This document shows, one piece after another, positions 11,343 to 22,159 of a DNA stretch of 64,000 bases. This DNA is from Planctomycetota bacterium (GTDB lineage Bacteria > Planctomycetota > UBA8108 > SXIK01). The notes below the pieces were generated by a model. It saw only the letters and a program-made list of their open reading frames with translations, made no database searches and was not told the origin of the DNA. Position numbers and translations under genes: made by a program. How positions within the stretch are numbered: position 1 is the stretch's first letter; every line of letters starts with the position of its first letter. The stretch lies in the NCBI GenBank assembly GCA_965223845.1, contig CBDCXR010000004.1, forward strand, positions 2,976,001 to 3,040,000, in the 5' to 3' direction.

Positions 11343-12986
11343 TCAGCGTTTCGCTCGGGGCCGGCGCTTCTCGAGCCAATCCTGCTCCGGCAGTCCTCGA
11401 TTCGGTTGCTCCGTCCAGCGAGGAGCGGGAAACCACCTCAGCCCGCTGACCCTCGGGTAGGTTTCCCAGATGTCCCCGGACTCGGTCGCTCGCGCGTCCG
11501 CCGTGCTTCGAAGCTCACGCCACAAGCGCTCGCGGAGCGCGCGTAGGGTCGAGGAAAACTCAGGCTCTTCCGCGAGATTGGCGAGGCAGCCCGGATCGGA
11601 GCGGACGTCGTACAGCTCCTCCGCCGGTCTCTTCGCGACCGCGAGATCGAGATATCGCTTCACGCTCGGGTCGTCCGCGCGCGAAGTGAGATAGCTGAGC
11701 GACGGCCCCGCGTCGATGTCGTGGTAGCCGGCGTGAGGCGCGCTCAGCGTCGTCCCCGCGGGGCTCCCGTCCGCCGTGTAGCCGGCACGATGGTACTTTT
11801 GGCCCGGTCCGGCCGGCCAGCGCTCGGGCGCGAAGTTTCGAATGTAGAGATAGCGGTGCGTCCGCAGAGATCGCTGCGGATAGCCGAGCGAGTTGAAGCG
11901 AGACGACGAGTGACGCTCGCGCGCCGAGAAAACGGCGGTGCGCGACGGGTCGACGACACCGGACCGCGATGCACGCAAAATGTCGACGAGCGACCGTCCT
12001 TCGAGTGGAAACTCGCTCGGCGGCGGTGCGCCGGTGACGTCGTAAATCGTCGCGGTGAGATCGACAAACCCGACGAGGTCGTCGCTGACGCGCCCGGGCG
12101 ATTGAACGCCGGGGCCGCCGATCGCGAGTGGGATGTGAGTTCCGAACTCGTAGCAGTTCGCCTTCGCGCGAGGGAATGGAAAGCCGTTATCCGACGTGAC
12201 GATGACGAGCGTATCGTCGAGGAGACCGGCCCGCTCGAGGAGCGCGAGCATCCGTCCGAGATCCGCATCGAATCGCTCGACCTCTACGGCGTAGTCGAGG
12301 AGATCGCTCCGGATCTCCGGCGCGTCCGGGAGAAACGGCGGCACCTCGGCGTCGTCGAGCGTCTTCCCCGCGGCGAGGCCCGACCCCTTGTCGTAGCCCC
12401 GATGCGGATCGGAGCTCCCGAACCAGAAGCAGAACGGCTTCGACTCCGGACGCTCATCGAGGAAGCGCTCGAACGCAGCGGCGTATCCGCGTCGTCCGTT
12501 CGCGCCTCGAAACGGGACGCCCGCGGGATTCGTCGTTCGACCGAGCGCTCTGAAGTCTCCGGGTCCCCATCCTTTTCCGGTGGATCCGACGACGTATCCC
12601 GCGGCTGCGAGTCGATCGGGAAATGTCTCGAACTTCGGATGGAAATAGCTCGCGTGCGTACCGGCGTGCTCGAGCTGCCAGGTGTGACGGCCGGTGAGGA
12701 GAGATGCGCGAGAGGGACTGCAGCCGGGCGACGCGCAGAAAGCCTGAGTGAAGAGAACGCCCCGGCTCGCGACCCGGTCAAAATTCGGCGTCGACACCAT
12801 CGACGATCCGTACGCGGACGCGTGTGGCCACGACTGGTCATCGCTGATCGCGATGAAAATGTTCGGTCGCGACGCCGCCGAATCGCCGGCGAGAAGACCG
12901 CGAAGCGTTCCGAGCAGGACGGCGGCGACGACGATTCCATTCCGCGCAAGCGCCGAGCTGGGTGGCGATCGCCTCACTCGATGCAC
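11343..12986 (-). CDS. Sulfatase, N-sulfoglucosamine sulfohydrolase (sulfamidase)-like
   Basis: SDDQ, GCSPSRASLLTG, DPHR, SDNGFPFPRAKANCY, RERH and YPQRS motifs; signal peptide. Confidence 0.9.
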   Translation of the reverse strand: MHRVRRSPPSSALARNGIVVAAVLLGTLRGLLAGDSAASRPNIFIAISDDQSWPHASAYGSSMVSTPNFDRVASRGVLFTQAFCASPGCSPSRASLLTGRHTWQLEHAGTHASYFHPKFETFPDRLAAAGYVVGSTGKGWGPGDFRALGRTTNPAGVPFRGANGRRGYAAAFERFLDERPESKPFCFWFGSSDPHRGYDKGSGLAAGKTLDDAEVPPFLPDAPEIRSDLLDYAVEVERFDADLGRMLALLERAGLLDDTLVIVTSDNGFPFPRAKANCYEFGTHIPLAIGGPGVQSPGRVSDDLVGFVDLTATIYDVTGAPPPSEFPLEGRSLVDILRASRSGVVDPSRTAVFSARERHSSSRFNSLGYPQRSLRTHRYLYIRNFAPERWPAGPGQKYHRAGYTADGSPAGTTLSAPHAGYHDIDAGPSLSYLTSRADDPSVKRYLDLAVAKRPAEELYDVRSDPGCLANLAEEPEFSSTLRALRERLWRELRSTADARATESGDIWETYPRVSGLRWFPAPRWTEQPNRGLPEQDWLEKRRPRAKR

Positions 12987-12993
12987 GACACGG

Positions 12994-14307
12994 CTACGCG
13001 AGATCGATTGGACCCTGCCCGCAGAGATCGGGGTTTCCGAACCGATCGATCCGGTGCCCGAAGCTGTGCGCGAGCGAGAGCAGGAACCGATTGTGCGGGA
13101 CGCGCCGATACTTCAGCGATCGTCCCGTCCGGAAGCCGAGCCCGCCGCCGACGAGAACGAAGGGGATATCGTTCAGCGTGTGCGAGTTTCCCTTCCCGAG
13201 CTCGTTCGTCCACACGATCGTGGTGTGATCCAGCAAGGAGCCGTCGCCATCGGGCTCCGGAGTCTCGGCGAGCCGCTGCGCGAGATGGACGAGCTGCTCG
13301 CAATACCATTTGTTGATGCGCGTGAGGTGGTCCTGCGCCTCGCGGTCCTTATCCGGCTTGTGCGAGAGCGCGTGATGGCCCTCGTTCACTCCGATCCAGC
13401 GCATCCGGGCCTGCCCGACCGAGTTCGTGTACTGCAGCGTCGCGACCCGCGCGTAGTCGGCGGCGAAGCTGTTGACGAGGAGCTCGATCTGCATCTTGCT
13501 GAGGCGCGGCATATTGTCGTTCTGCTCGTGCACGCCCGGCTCGAGCTCGGGGACCGCGTGACCGACTTCTTCGTCGCTCGATCGAAGCTCTTCCTCGAGC
13601 TCCCGCACCCACTGGGCGTGCTCGTCGAGCCGCCGGCGGTCGTCCGAGCTCAATACGCCGCGCAGCTTCGACATGTCTTCGCGCAGATCATCGAGAACGC
13701 TCTTCAGCGATTCGCGATCCTCGACCCGCCCGTAGAGCTTGTCGAACATCTGGTACGGATCGTCGATCGGCGCGAGCGGCTTGTTCGGCCCGGCGTACGA
13801 CAGCCGCGTCCACGTATCGGCCCGATCGGGAACCATGACGCCGAACTCGAGCGACCCGAAGCGAGTCTTTCTCGTCGGATCGGCCTGGAGGTGATTCTTG
13901 ATCTCCTGATCGATCGAGATTCCGCTCGCCCATCCCGCCGGCGTGTGCGAACCGCCCTGAACGTTCCCCGGAAAGAGCTCGACGCCGGTGAGGAGACACC
14001 CGATCCCGCGCATGTGGTTGTCGCCGTCGCCGCGGATCCGGTCGGCGAGTCCGTGAAGGATCAGAGTTCGATCCTGAAGCGGAGCGAGCGGCGAGAGGCT
14101 TTCCTTCAGCTTGAACGATTCGCCGACCTCGTCGGGCCAGAACGTGTTCGGAACGACTCCGTTCGGACTGAACATGACGACGAGGCGCTGCTTCCGCCGC
14201 CCACTTTGCGCGAAGCCGAGGCTCGGGAAATTGAGAAGGAACGGCAGCGCTCCCGCGCTGATCCCGAGATCCCGCATGAAATCGCGTCGCGTCCGTCTCC
14301 GACTCAT
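12994..14307 (-). CDS. DUF1552 domain protein with Tat-like signal
   Basis: [47 protein letters not shown]. Directly downstream of a DUF1592 gene, the usual pairing. Confidence 0.88.
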   Translation of the reverse strand: MSRRRTRRDFMRDLGISAGALPFLLNFPSLGFAQSGRRKQRLVVMFSPNGVVPNTFWPDEVGESFKLKESLSPLAPLQDRTLILHGLADRIRGDGDNHMRGIGCLLTGVELFPGNVQGGSHTPAGWASGISIDQEIKNHLQADPTRKTRFGSLEFGVMVPDRADTWTRLSYAGPNKPLAPIDDPYQMFDKLYGRVEDRESLKSVLDDLREDMSKLRGVLSSDDRRRLDEHAQWVRELEEELRSSDEEVGHAVPELEPGVHEQNDNMPRLSKMQIELLVNSFAADYARVATLQYTNSVGQARMRWIGVNEGHHALSHKPDKDREAQDHLTRINKWYCEQLVHLAQRLAETPEPDGDGSLLDHTTIVWTNELGKGNSHTLNDIPFVLVGGGLGFRTGRSLKYRRVPHNRFLLSLAHSFGHRIDRFGNPDLCGQGPIDLA

Positions 14308-14390
14308 CGTGATCACACTCTCCGTTCAGGCCCGCCGTTGACTGCGATTCTCAGCTACTCTTTATGTGCGATGATTCGATCGTTTGCCAA

Positions 14391-16751
14391 TCAGAAACGC
14401 CGGAGGCGCGGCCTCGGCGAGCCGTCTCTCGGGGGCATCGCCGCGATCTCGGCCACCCGGACAAGCAGCTTCTGAATGTCGAATCCATTCTCGACGAACT
14501 CGCGGAGAAGCTCATCGGCGACACCGGGGCCGAACGCGCGAATCGGCTGCTTGGCCGTGTTGTGAAAAAGCTGGACCACGAATGCCTCGTGCGCCTGCTC
14601 GCTCCCGGCGACGAACTGCGCGAGCTCTCGCGCTCCGCGAAACGACCTCTCCTCGCCGGACGGCAGCTCGTACGAACCCGAGACGTCGATGGGCTTCCCC
14701 TTCTCCTCCGCGCGAAACTGCCCTACCGCATCGAAGTTCTCGAGCGCGAATCCGAACGGATTGATCAGTCCGTGACAACCGCGGCAAGCCGTCGGCTTCG
14801 TCTGAAGCTCGATGCGCTCGCGCGTCGTCAGATCCGGATGAAGATCGGCCGGGAGCGGCGTGAACGCCTCGGGCGGCGGCCGAAGCGCGCGACCGAGAAC
14901 ATTCCGGGCGAGAAACACCCCGCGATGGATCGGCGAGCTGAAGTCCGCGTACGCGAAACGAGCCATGATATACGGATGGGAGAGAACACCGGCGCGCTCC
15001 GTGCGCTCCGCCGGCACCCGCTGAAACGGGGCGCCCTTCGGCAGGTCGACTCCGTAGTACGCGCCGAGTCGGTCGTTCACGAACCACTCGTTCCCGAGAA
15101 AGAACCGGCGAAAGTCCGCCCCTCGGCTCCAGACGACGTCGTCGAGATAGAGATCGAGGGAGGTGCGGAGATCGGCGACGATCTCGGCGCTGAACTTCGG
15201 AAATCGATCGGCGCTCTTCTCGATCTCTCGCTCGTCCGCGACGTCGAGCCAGCGATGGAGAAACCAGCGCATCTTCGCTCGCGCTCGCCGATCGCCGAGC
15301 ATCCTTCGGGCGTGCTCGGAGGCATCTCCCGGCGTACGGAGCGAACCGCTCGCGGCTGCCTGGAGGAGTCGCTCGTCGGGAATCGAATCCCAGAGTGCAA
15401 ACGACAGGCGCGACGCTGCCGCGAAGTCACCGCCTTCGAGGCCGGGATAGAGAAAACGGGGTGACTTGAGCGAGAGGAGGACGACGCGCTTCACCGCACT
15501 CGCCCCATCGGGGGCGCCGTCGAACTGCCGATCGACGTACGCCGAAGTTTCGTCGTCGCGCAGAGGTCGGCGGAACGCGCGCTCGACCCATCGCCGAGAA
15601 AACGAACGAAGCTTCGCGCCGTCGTCGCGCGCTCCCGCGAGCTCGCGAAGATTCGCTTCGACATAGCTCGCCGTGTCGATGGCCGCGGTGGTCGTCGCCT
15701 CGACCCACGCGCGCGAAACCGACGTGCCGCGTTCGTACCCGACACTCCGGTCGTCAGGCGGAAACGCGGTGTCGAGCACAAAAAACTCGGGCGCTCGCTC
15801 CGTCGAGAGGTGCCGCGCCGGGATCAGCTCGTCGGGACTGCCGGGTCGCCGCCAGTGGAGCTCGATAAAGGCCGGAACCGGCTTCGGATTCTTCTCGTCC
15901 TTGCGGACCCCCTGATTGCGTGAGCTGAACTCGAGCCGGAGCGGATAGGCGCGACCGTCGATCAAATATCGCGACGCGCGAAACTCAGTGCCATCTCCCG
16001 ACTTCACCCAGGCGTCGATGAGGGGTTCTTCGCGGTCGTTTACCCATAGTCGCGCCGCGTGATCGGTACGCACCACGAACTCGTAGACGCCGGTGTCCGG
16101 CGCGAGGACGCTCCCTTCCCAGCGCGCGGAGAATCCCTGAGTGCCGAGCTTCTCCGCGTCGGGGTTCTCCGCGAGAAAGTCGAACTGAACGACGGGGTCC
16201 GTACGTTCGACCGCACGGTCTCGGCCCGGCCGACGGCTCGCGAAGTACTCCCCGCGAAGGCCTCCCGTCGTGAGCGCCGGCGAAGGTGCCCGAAACGCTG
16301 CAACCAAGTCGCCCACTGCGTTTCGAAACTGCCTTTGCGTGAGGTGCGAAAGCTCGATCCGGGCGGGTCGATTTCGCGCCTGGGCGATCGGGGAGTAAAA
16401 CGTGTCGTAGATGAATCGAGCCACCAGCCGGGCGTCTTCTCCGACGCACTCTTCCGGCGACTCGTCGGGCATCGACTTTTCGATGTAGCGCGCGAGCTGA
16501 ACGACCGATTTGTCGCCGACGAGCGGCCGCGAGTATTCGCCCTTGACCCCCTCACCGCCCCGTCCGTGACAGCTCGCACAGCGCTCGAGAAAAATCGCGC
16601 GTCCGCGCTCGTCCGACTCGGGTGGGACAGCGCCGGTCACGCGGTCCTCGGTCGCGCTCGCCGCGTCGTCAGCCGACGCGGCGAGCGGGAAAGCCGTCGC
16701 CACCAGAAGAACGGCGATCGAAAACGGGCTGGGGCGCACCCTCGGATTCAC
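14391..16751 (-). CDS. DUF1592-family (PSD/DUF1588/DUF1595) protein with N-terminal cytochrome c and PA14 domain
   Basis: CASCH near the N-terminus; PA14-like FSARWEG...RLWV; RAFRRP, SPRFLY, ASRLSFALWDSIPD, SSPIHRG, CRGCH...INPFGFALENFD. Confidence 0.88.
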   Translation of the reverse strand: MNPRVRPSPFSIAVLLVATAFPLAASADDAASATEDRVTGAVPPESDERGRAIFLERCASCHGRGGEGVKGEYSRPLVGDKSVVQLARYIEKSMPDESPEECVGEDARLVARFIYDTFYSPIAQARNRPARIELSHLTQRQFRNAVGDLVAAFRAPSPALTTGGLRGEYFASRRPGRDRAVERTDPVVQFDFLAENPDAEKLGTQGFSARWEGSVLAPDTGVYEFVVRTDHAARLWVNDREEPLIDAWVKSGDGTEFRASRYLIDGRAYPLRLEFSSRNQGVRKDEKNPKPVPAFIELHWRRPGSPDELIPARHLSTERAPEFFVLDTAFPPDDRSVGYERGTSVSRAWVEATTTAAIDTASYVEANLRELAGARDDGAKLRSFSRRWVERAFRRPLRDDETSAYVDRQFDGAPDGASAVKRVVLLSLKSPRFLYPGLEGGDFAAASRLSFALWDSIPDERLLQAAASGSLRTPGDASEHARRMLGDRRARAKMRWFLHRWLDVADEREIEKSADRFPKFSAEIVADLRTSLDLYLDDVVWSRGADFRRFFLGNEWFVNDRLGAYYGVDLPKGAPFQRVPAERTERAGVLSHPYIMARFAYADFSSPIHRGVFLARNVLGRALRPPPEAFTPLPADLHPDLTTRERIELQTKPTACRGCHGLINPFGFALENFDAVGQFRAEEKGKPIDVSGSYELPSGEERSFRGARELAQFVAGSEQAHEAFVVQLFHNTAKQPIRAFGPGVADELLREFVENGFDIQKLLVRVAEIAAMPPRDGSPRPRLRRF

Positions 16752-16949
16752 AGGCGTTCTCTCCCGCTAGAGACTACGCAGACGTGCCGGAATGGAAACG
16801 TCACGCGAACATCGCTCGCGCCTGAGCGCGAGGTCCGTTCGCCGCACCGCGGCCACGGCCGCGGACACGCTCGAGCCGTGTATTTTAGAGACCTCCGTCG
16901 CCGCCGTCGATGATCGAACCCCGGACGATCCCCGACGCTTCGGCCCGGC

Positions 16950-17834
16950 TCAGGATTCGACGAGTGCCCCGACGCCCGAAGCGAGCGCGAACAGCGCCTT
17001 CACCTCGTCGGCACTCAGGCTCCGATTGAAGATCGCGAGCTCGTCGAAGTCACCGATGTAGTTCACACCGACCATGATGACCGAACGCGCGACATCCCAC
17101 GTAAAGAGCTGCGGCCGCTCGAGCTCTCCCGCGAGTCGACCGTCGAGGTAGAGGCGCGCGCGCGCGGGTGCCTCGCCTCCGTTCACGCCCTCGAACGTGA
17201 ACGCCACGTGAGTCCATCGATCTCGCCGAAAGGGATGTTCGCTGACCACCACCATCGGCCGCTCGTCGGCGGCGATGTCCTCCCACTTTCGGCCGGTCGG
17301 ATTCCAGCTCTTCAGGTCGGAAAAGACGCCGAGGCGAAACTCGCGCGGATTGTCCTTCGTAAAGTCGACGAACATCGCCGCGTCGTTCCAGGTCTTGTCC
17401 GTGATCTGGATCGGGTCGCAATACCCCGGCTCGAGGTCTTCCTCCGGTGTCAGCCGAAGCCAAAACGACAGCGTTCCGCTCCAAGCTTCGGGGCGAAAGT
17501 CGACGTTTCGCTCGCCGCGGTAGTAGAGAAAGCCCGGCCCCTTCTTGCCGAAATGAAGCGCGCCGCCGTGTCGTCCGTCCTCCACGACGGCGACATCGTC
17601 GCGCGCGAGTCCGGCGGTACCGTCCGGAATCTTCCCCGTCGTCGTCGTGTAGATCCCGCTTTCGCCGCGCGCGTAATCGGCGTCCGTCCCCGCGTCGAAC
17701 GACGCGTAAAACGTGAGCGCCGACGCGAGGTCACTCGCTCCGGAGTTGCCGGATCCGAAACCGAAATACGAACAGCCGATCGACGAGAGAGAGAATACTC
17801 CGAGGAAGGTGGTCACGAGCACTTGTCGCATCAT
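16950..17834 (-). CDS. LamG-like/concanavalin A jelly-roll lipoprotein
   Basis: Lipobox SIGC; FYASFD, GTLSFW, WTHVAFT, LYLDG, DELAIFNRSLS. Confidence 0.82.
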   Translation of the reverse strand: MMRQVLVTTFLGVFSLSSIGCSYFGFGSGNSGASDLASALTFYASFDAGTDADYARGESGIYTTTTGKIPDGTAGLARDDVAVVEDGRHGGALHFGKKGPGFLYYRGERNVDFRPEAWSGTLSFWLRLTPEEDLEPGYCDPIQITDKTWNDAAMFVDFTKDNPREFRLGVFSDLKSWNPTGRKWEDIAADERPMVVVSEHPFRRDRWTHVAFTFEGVNGGEAPARARLYLDGRLAGELERPQLFTWDVARSVIMVGVNYIGDFDELAIFNRSLSADEVKALFALASGVGALVES

Positions 17835-18040
17835 CGCCGTCGATCTCCTTTCTTACGTACTTCGATCCGTCCCGTCGGCGTCACACCGCGGACTCGAGCG
17901 AGGCGCTCATGGTACGCGTTCCCCACCCCGGCGTCTCACGCGGAATTGCCGCGTCGATGTGGAAGAAGAGACGGAACGCCGGCTAAGATGATCTGCGCTC
18001 GACGCTGCCGGCCGAGCTCAGCCCCTTCTTCCGGAGATTC

Positions 18041-19465
18041 ATGATGCGAAAGTCCGAGTCGACCACGACCGCTCCGAATGAACGTCGCGCCCTCCCGACG
18101 CGAGATCGGGACCTCAGTCGCCGCCGCTTTCTCGCCCGCACCGCAGCAGCCTCGGGGGCGGCCATCGCGGCGCCCCTCTTCGTCCCTGCCGCCGTCCTCG
18201 GGAAGGAGGGGCGCCCTCCGCCCAGCGAGCGCATCGTCATGGGCTGCGTCGGCACCGGTGGTCGCGGCACGAGCAATCTCCGAACGTTCATCCAGAATCC
18301 CGATGTGCAGATTGTCGCCGTCTGCGACGTCGAGAAACGCTCGTCTCGCTACTATCGGGGACGTACGGCGGGACGCGAACCCGCGCGCGAGGTCGTCGAG
18401 CAGCACTATGCAAAGGCGAAGACGGCGAACGCGGAGAAGAGTTGCCGCGCGTTCGGAGATTTTCGCGAGCTGCTCGCCATCGGTGACATCGACGCGGTAA
18501 GCGTCGCCACGCCCGATCATTGGCACGCGCTCGTTTCGATCGCAGCCGCGAACGCGGGCAAGGACATCTACTGCGAGAAGCCGCTCGCGAACTCCGTCGC
18601 CGAGGGGCGCGCGGTCGCCGAGGCGGTGCGGCGAAACGACCGCGTACTTCAAACCGGAAGTCACGAAAGATCGAACGCGAAGTCGCGCTTCGCCGCCGAG
18701 CTCGTCCTCAACGGACGGATCGGGAAGCTCCACACGGTGCGCATTCAGATGCCCTGTACGGAGCCGCACCATCTGCACGTCCGCGGCGTCGAGAACACCC
18801 CGCCGGTCGAACCCGTACCAGAGGGATTCGACTACGATTTCTGGCTCGGCCACACGCCGGCCGTCCCGTACACACCGGGTCGCTGCCACTTCTGGTGGCG
18901 CTTCGTGCTCGCGCACGGCGGCGGTGAGATGACGGACCGGGGCGCACACGTCATCGACCTCGCGCAGATGGGCATGGGAACGGAAACCACCGGTCCCGTC
19001 GAGATCGAGGCTAAGGGTGTCCGTGGGACCGGGCTCTACGACACGTTCATGGACTACGAATTCACGAATACGTTCGCGAACGGAGTCCGGATGATCGGGT
19101 CGGCCGAAGAGCCGCGCGGACTCAAGTTCGAGGGGAGCGACGGGTGGGTGTTCATTCACGTTCACGGCTGCGCTCTCGACGCGCACCCGAAGTCGCTTCT
19201 CGAGGAGACGATCGGCGACAGCGAAATCCGGATCGGGCGCAGCCCCGGCCACCACCGAAACTTCCTCGACTGCGTCAAGAGCCGAAAAACGCCCGTCGCG
19301 CCCGCAGAGGTCGGCCATCGATCGGCCACCATCTGTCACCTGAACAACATCGCGATGCTCACGGGTCGAAAGCTCCGCTGGGACCCGCGCACCGAGCGTT
19401 TCGCTGACGACGACGTCGCCAACGCACTCCTTCGCCCGAAGATGCGCGATCCCTGGACCGTGTAA
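18041..19465 (+). CDS. Tat-exported Gfo/Idh/MocA oxidoreductase
   Basis: SRRRFL Tat motif; GTGGRG, ATPDHWH, KDIYCEKP, DFWLG, GAHVID. Confidence 0.92.
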   Translation: MMRKSESTTTAPNERRALPTRDRDLSRRRFLARTAAASGAAIAAPLFVPAAVLGKEGRPPPSERIVMGCVGTGGRGTSNLRTFIQNPDVQIVAVCDVEKRSSRYYRGRTAGREPAREVVEQHYAKAKTANAEKSCRAFGDFRELLAIGDIDAVSVATPDHWHALVSIAAANAGKDIYCEKPLANSVAEGRAVAEAVRRNDRVLQTGSHERSNAKSRFAAELVLNGRIGKLHTVRIQMPCTEPHHLHVRGVENTPPVEPVPEGFDYDFWLGHTPAVPYTPGRCHFWWRFVLAHGGGEMTDRGAHVIDLAQMGMGTETTGPVEIEAKGVRGTGLYDTFMDYEFTNTFANGVRMIGSAEEPRGLKFEGSDGWVFIHVHGCALDAHPKSLLEETIGDSEIRIGRSPGHHRNFLDCVKSRKTPVAPAEVGHRSATICHLNNIAMLTGRKLRWDPRTERFADDDVANALLRPKMRDPWTV

Positions 19466-19510
19466 TCGCGAAACGGGTCGATACGGATGCTGAGGTTCAA
19501 ACGACGGACT

Positions 19511-20803
19511 TCACACGACGGGTAGCCGGTATCCCTCGCGGTACTCCCGCCCGAGAAACTGATCGGCTTCATCGTCGCCGACGAAAGTCTCCGTTTTCGC
19601 ATCGAAGCGAAGTCGGCGACCCGTGCGATACGCGATGTTCCCGAGGTGGCAGAGGAGCGCGGACTGGTGTCCCTCCTCGATGTCCGCGATCAACTCCTCG
19701 CGTTTTCGGCTGCGCACGCAGTCGATGAAGTTCTGGTAGTGCGTACCGGGATCGTTCCACTTCGGCTCGGAGGACGGCCCGGGCTCGTTGCCGATGAAGA
19801 ACCGGTAGCCGTGCCGGTCGATCATGAGAAAGCCCTTATCGCCGTAGAAGATATTGTCGTTGTCGAAGCGGTGGCCGGGCATGCGGTAAGGGGTGAAGTC
19901 ACGCTGCTCGAAGACGAAGAGAAGCCCGTCGTACTCCCACGTGACGACCATCGTATCGGGGGTCTCCTGCGCGTCTCCGCGGGATCCGAGCTTCGCGGCG
20001 CTACAGGACACCGCGTTCGGCGCGCCGAGGCCGAGCGCCCACCGGCCGATGTCGATTTGGTGGACGCCGTCGTTCCCGATGTCGCCCGTACCGTAGTCCC
20101 AGTGCCAGTGCCAACCGCTGTGAAAGCGGTTCGGATTGAACGGCCGCTTCGGTGCCGGACCGAGCCAGACATCGTAGTCGACCCCCTTCGGAACGGGTTC
20201 GTCGGGACGCGGCTCGAGGCGACCGCGGCGCTGATTGTTGATCGCCTTGACGACCTTGATGTCACCGATGAGGCCCTCTCGGATCTTCGCCCAGGCCTCC
20301 CGGTAGTGCGGTGCCGAGCGAAGCTGCGTGCCGTGCTGAACGATGCGGTCGTAGCGCCGAGCCGCCTTCACGGCGAGGCGGCCTTCGCGAATATTGTGCG
20401 ACGCCGGCTTCTCGACGTAGACATCCTTGCCCGCCGCACAGGCGAGAATCGTCGCCGGCGCATGCCAGTGATCGGGCGTCGCGACGGCGATCGCATCGAC
20501 ATGCTTCTCGTCAAGGAGAGTGCGGAAGTCGACGACCTGAAGCGGACGGCGTCGAGTCCGTCGCTCGATCTCGCCGCAAACCGTGCTCGAACGGCGCGAG
20601 TCCGGATCGCAGATCGCGACGACCTCGCTGTGCTGAACCGTCGAAAACCACCGAGCGAGTGCGCGGCCACGACCACAACCGAGCACCGCGACGCGGACGC
20701 GTTCGTTGGGCGACGCGCCGGCGACGCCGATGCTCGCGGCGCCGGCGCAAACCGCGGCGCCCGCCCCCGTCCCCAAAAACTCTCTGCGAGTCATGCTCGG
20801 CAT
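19511..20803 (-). CDS. Tat-exported Gfo/Idh/MocA oxidoreductase
   Basis: TRREFL; ATPDHWH, KDVYVEKP, WLGPAP, GDIGNDGVHQID. Confidence 0.92.
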   Translation of the reverse strand: MPSMTRREFLGTGAGAAVCAGAASIGVAGASPNERVRVAVLGCGRGRALARWFSTVQHSEVVAICDPDSRRSSTVCGEIERRTRRRPLQVVDFRTLLDEKHVDAIAVATPDHWHAPATILACAAGKDVYVEKPASHNIREGRLAVKAARRYDRIVQHGTQLRSAPHYREAWAKIREGLIGDIKVVKAINNQRRGRLEPRPDEPVPKGVDYDVWLGPAPKRPFNPNRFHSGWHWHWDYGTGDIGNDGVHQIDIGRWALGLGAPNAVSCSAAKLGSRGDAQETPDTMVVTWEYDGLLFVFEQRDFTPYRMPGHRFDNDNIFYGDKGFLMIDRHGYRFFIGNEPGPSSEPKWNDPGTHYQNFIDCVRSRKREELIADIEEGHQSALLCHLGNIAYRTGRRLRFDAKTETFVGDDEADQFLGREYREGYRLPVV

Positions 20804-20888
20804 CGGTCCCTCCTTCTTGCCGTGAACGAAGAATTGCTCGCGAGGCGTTCCGCAGGTTCCGACCGGCTAGGGATTCGGCCGCGCCGGA

Positions 20889-21839
20889 TCAATTCGCCGC
20901 GTCGGGCTTCTCCCCGAGCTTCTCGCCCGGTCGAACGCCCAGCGCGGCGAGCTTGAACCCCGAGAGGATCCCCTCGGTCGAGCTGAGCACGTTCAGCCGA
21001 AGATACTTCGAGTCGCGGCACAAGACGAAGATCCCGTTCTGCGGATCGACGTGAACGATCGTTCCGCCGGACGCGATGGGCGCTGCACCCAGATCGGCGG
21101 GCGCTACTTCGAGGACTCGCATCGGCGACCCGCGAAACCACGTCCCGGCGCCATGGTACGTGGGATTGCAGGCGTTCACGAGGTTTTCGATCTCGTCCCC
21201 GCCCTGCTCGGACCAGTCGATTTCCGTCTCCTCGGGGCGCGGATGCGGCCGCGCGCTCGCTCCGCCTTCGGGCTGGGCCTCGAGCTCGGGTTCGCCGGCG
21301 GACTCGAGCCGGCCGAGGACGTCTCGCGCAACCTCGACCGCGGTGTGACTCAAGCGCGAGAGATAGATTCCGTAAGTTTCTCCCGGTGCGATCGGCGCCG
21401 ACCGGACGAGTAGCACGGGACCGGTATCGAAGCCGTCGTCCATGCGATGGACGGTGAGCGCACCGTCGCGATCGCCGCTCCGAATCTGCCAAAAGATCGG
21501 GTCCGGTCCCCGGTACTCCGGGAGCCGACCGGGATGGAAGTTGTAGATCCCCTTCGGGAACGCCTCGCGCGCCACGGCGGGAATCCGAAAGGGAAACGTG
21601 AGGGTGAGCCCGACGTCGGCCCCAGTCGATCGGATCCAGTCGGGCAGACCAGCGTCGAGCTCTTCCCGCTCGACAGCGATCGACGGAACGCCGGCTCCCT
21701 CCGCGGCCTCGAGAGCTGCCTCCTGCGCCTCGTGGAGGTGCGCTGGCACGATCACGCCGGCGAGTCGTCCGCTCTTCGCGAGAGCAGCGAGCGTGGGGAG
21801 CGCGAACTGACTGTTCGCGAACAAGATCGCGCGAATCAT
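20889..21839 (-). CDS. Formyltransferase family protein (Fmt-like N and C domains), probably not the housekeeping Fmt
   Basis: NFHPGRLPEYRGPDPIFW and HRMDDGFDTGPV folate/catalytic motifs; IDW..NLVNACNP C-domain. Start ATG 21839. Confidence 0.8.
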   Translation of the reverse strand: MIRAILFANSQFALPTLAALAKSGRLAGVIVPAHLHEAQEAALEAAEGAGVPSIAVEREELDAGLPDWIRSTGADVGLTLTFPFRIPAVAREAFPKGIYNFHPGRLPEYRGPDPIFWQIRSGDRDGALTVHRMDDGFDTGPVLLVRSAPIAPGETYGIYLSRLSHTAVEVARDVLGRLESAGEPELEAQPEGGASARPHPRPEETEIDWSEQGGDEIENLVNACNPTYHGAGTWFRGSPMRVLEVAPADLGAAPIASGGTIVHVDPQNGIFVLCRDSKYLRLNVLSSTEGILSGFKLAALGVRPGEKLGEKPDAAN

Positions 21840-22159
21840 GTTTGTTCGAGTTCTCCTAGCGCGAGAGAAAGCGCCTCTCGAGGTGAGTACCGCCGCGCAC
21901 GTGTTCCCGTTCCCGTTCTCGACAGACCCTCCCCAACCCCTCACGCCGCAAGCGCCCCCCGACTCACCTTCGAGTTAGGGAAACGTGCAAGGAACGATCC
22001 GCTCCATTCTCCGGGCTCACTGGCCTATAGGCTACTCTCCACGTCTCCCCGATGGCCGCCGCGCCCGCGTGCGTGCTATGCTCCGCATCACCGCGCGAGC
22101 AGGGGGCCGCGCTGCGTAGCGATTTCCGTCGACCCATTCTTCTGACGCCCGAGAAAGCG

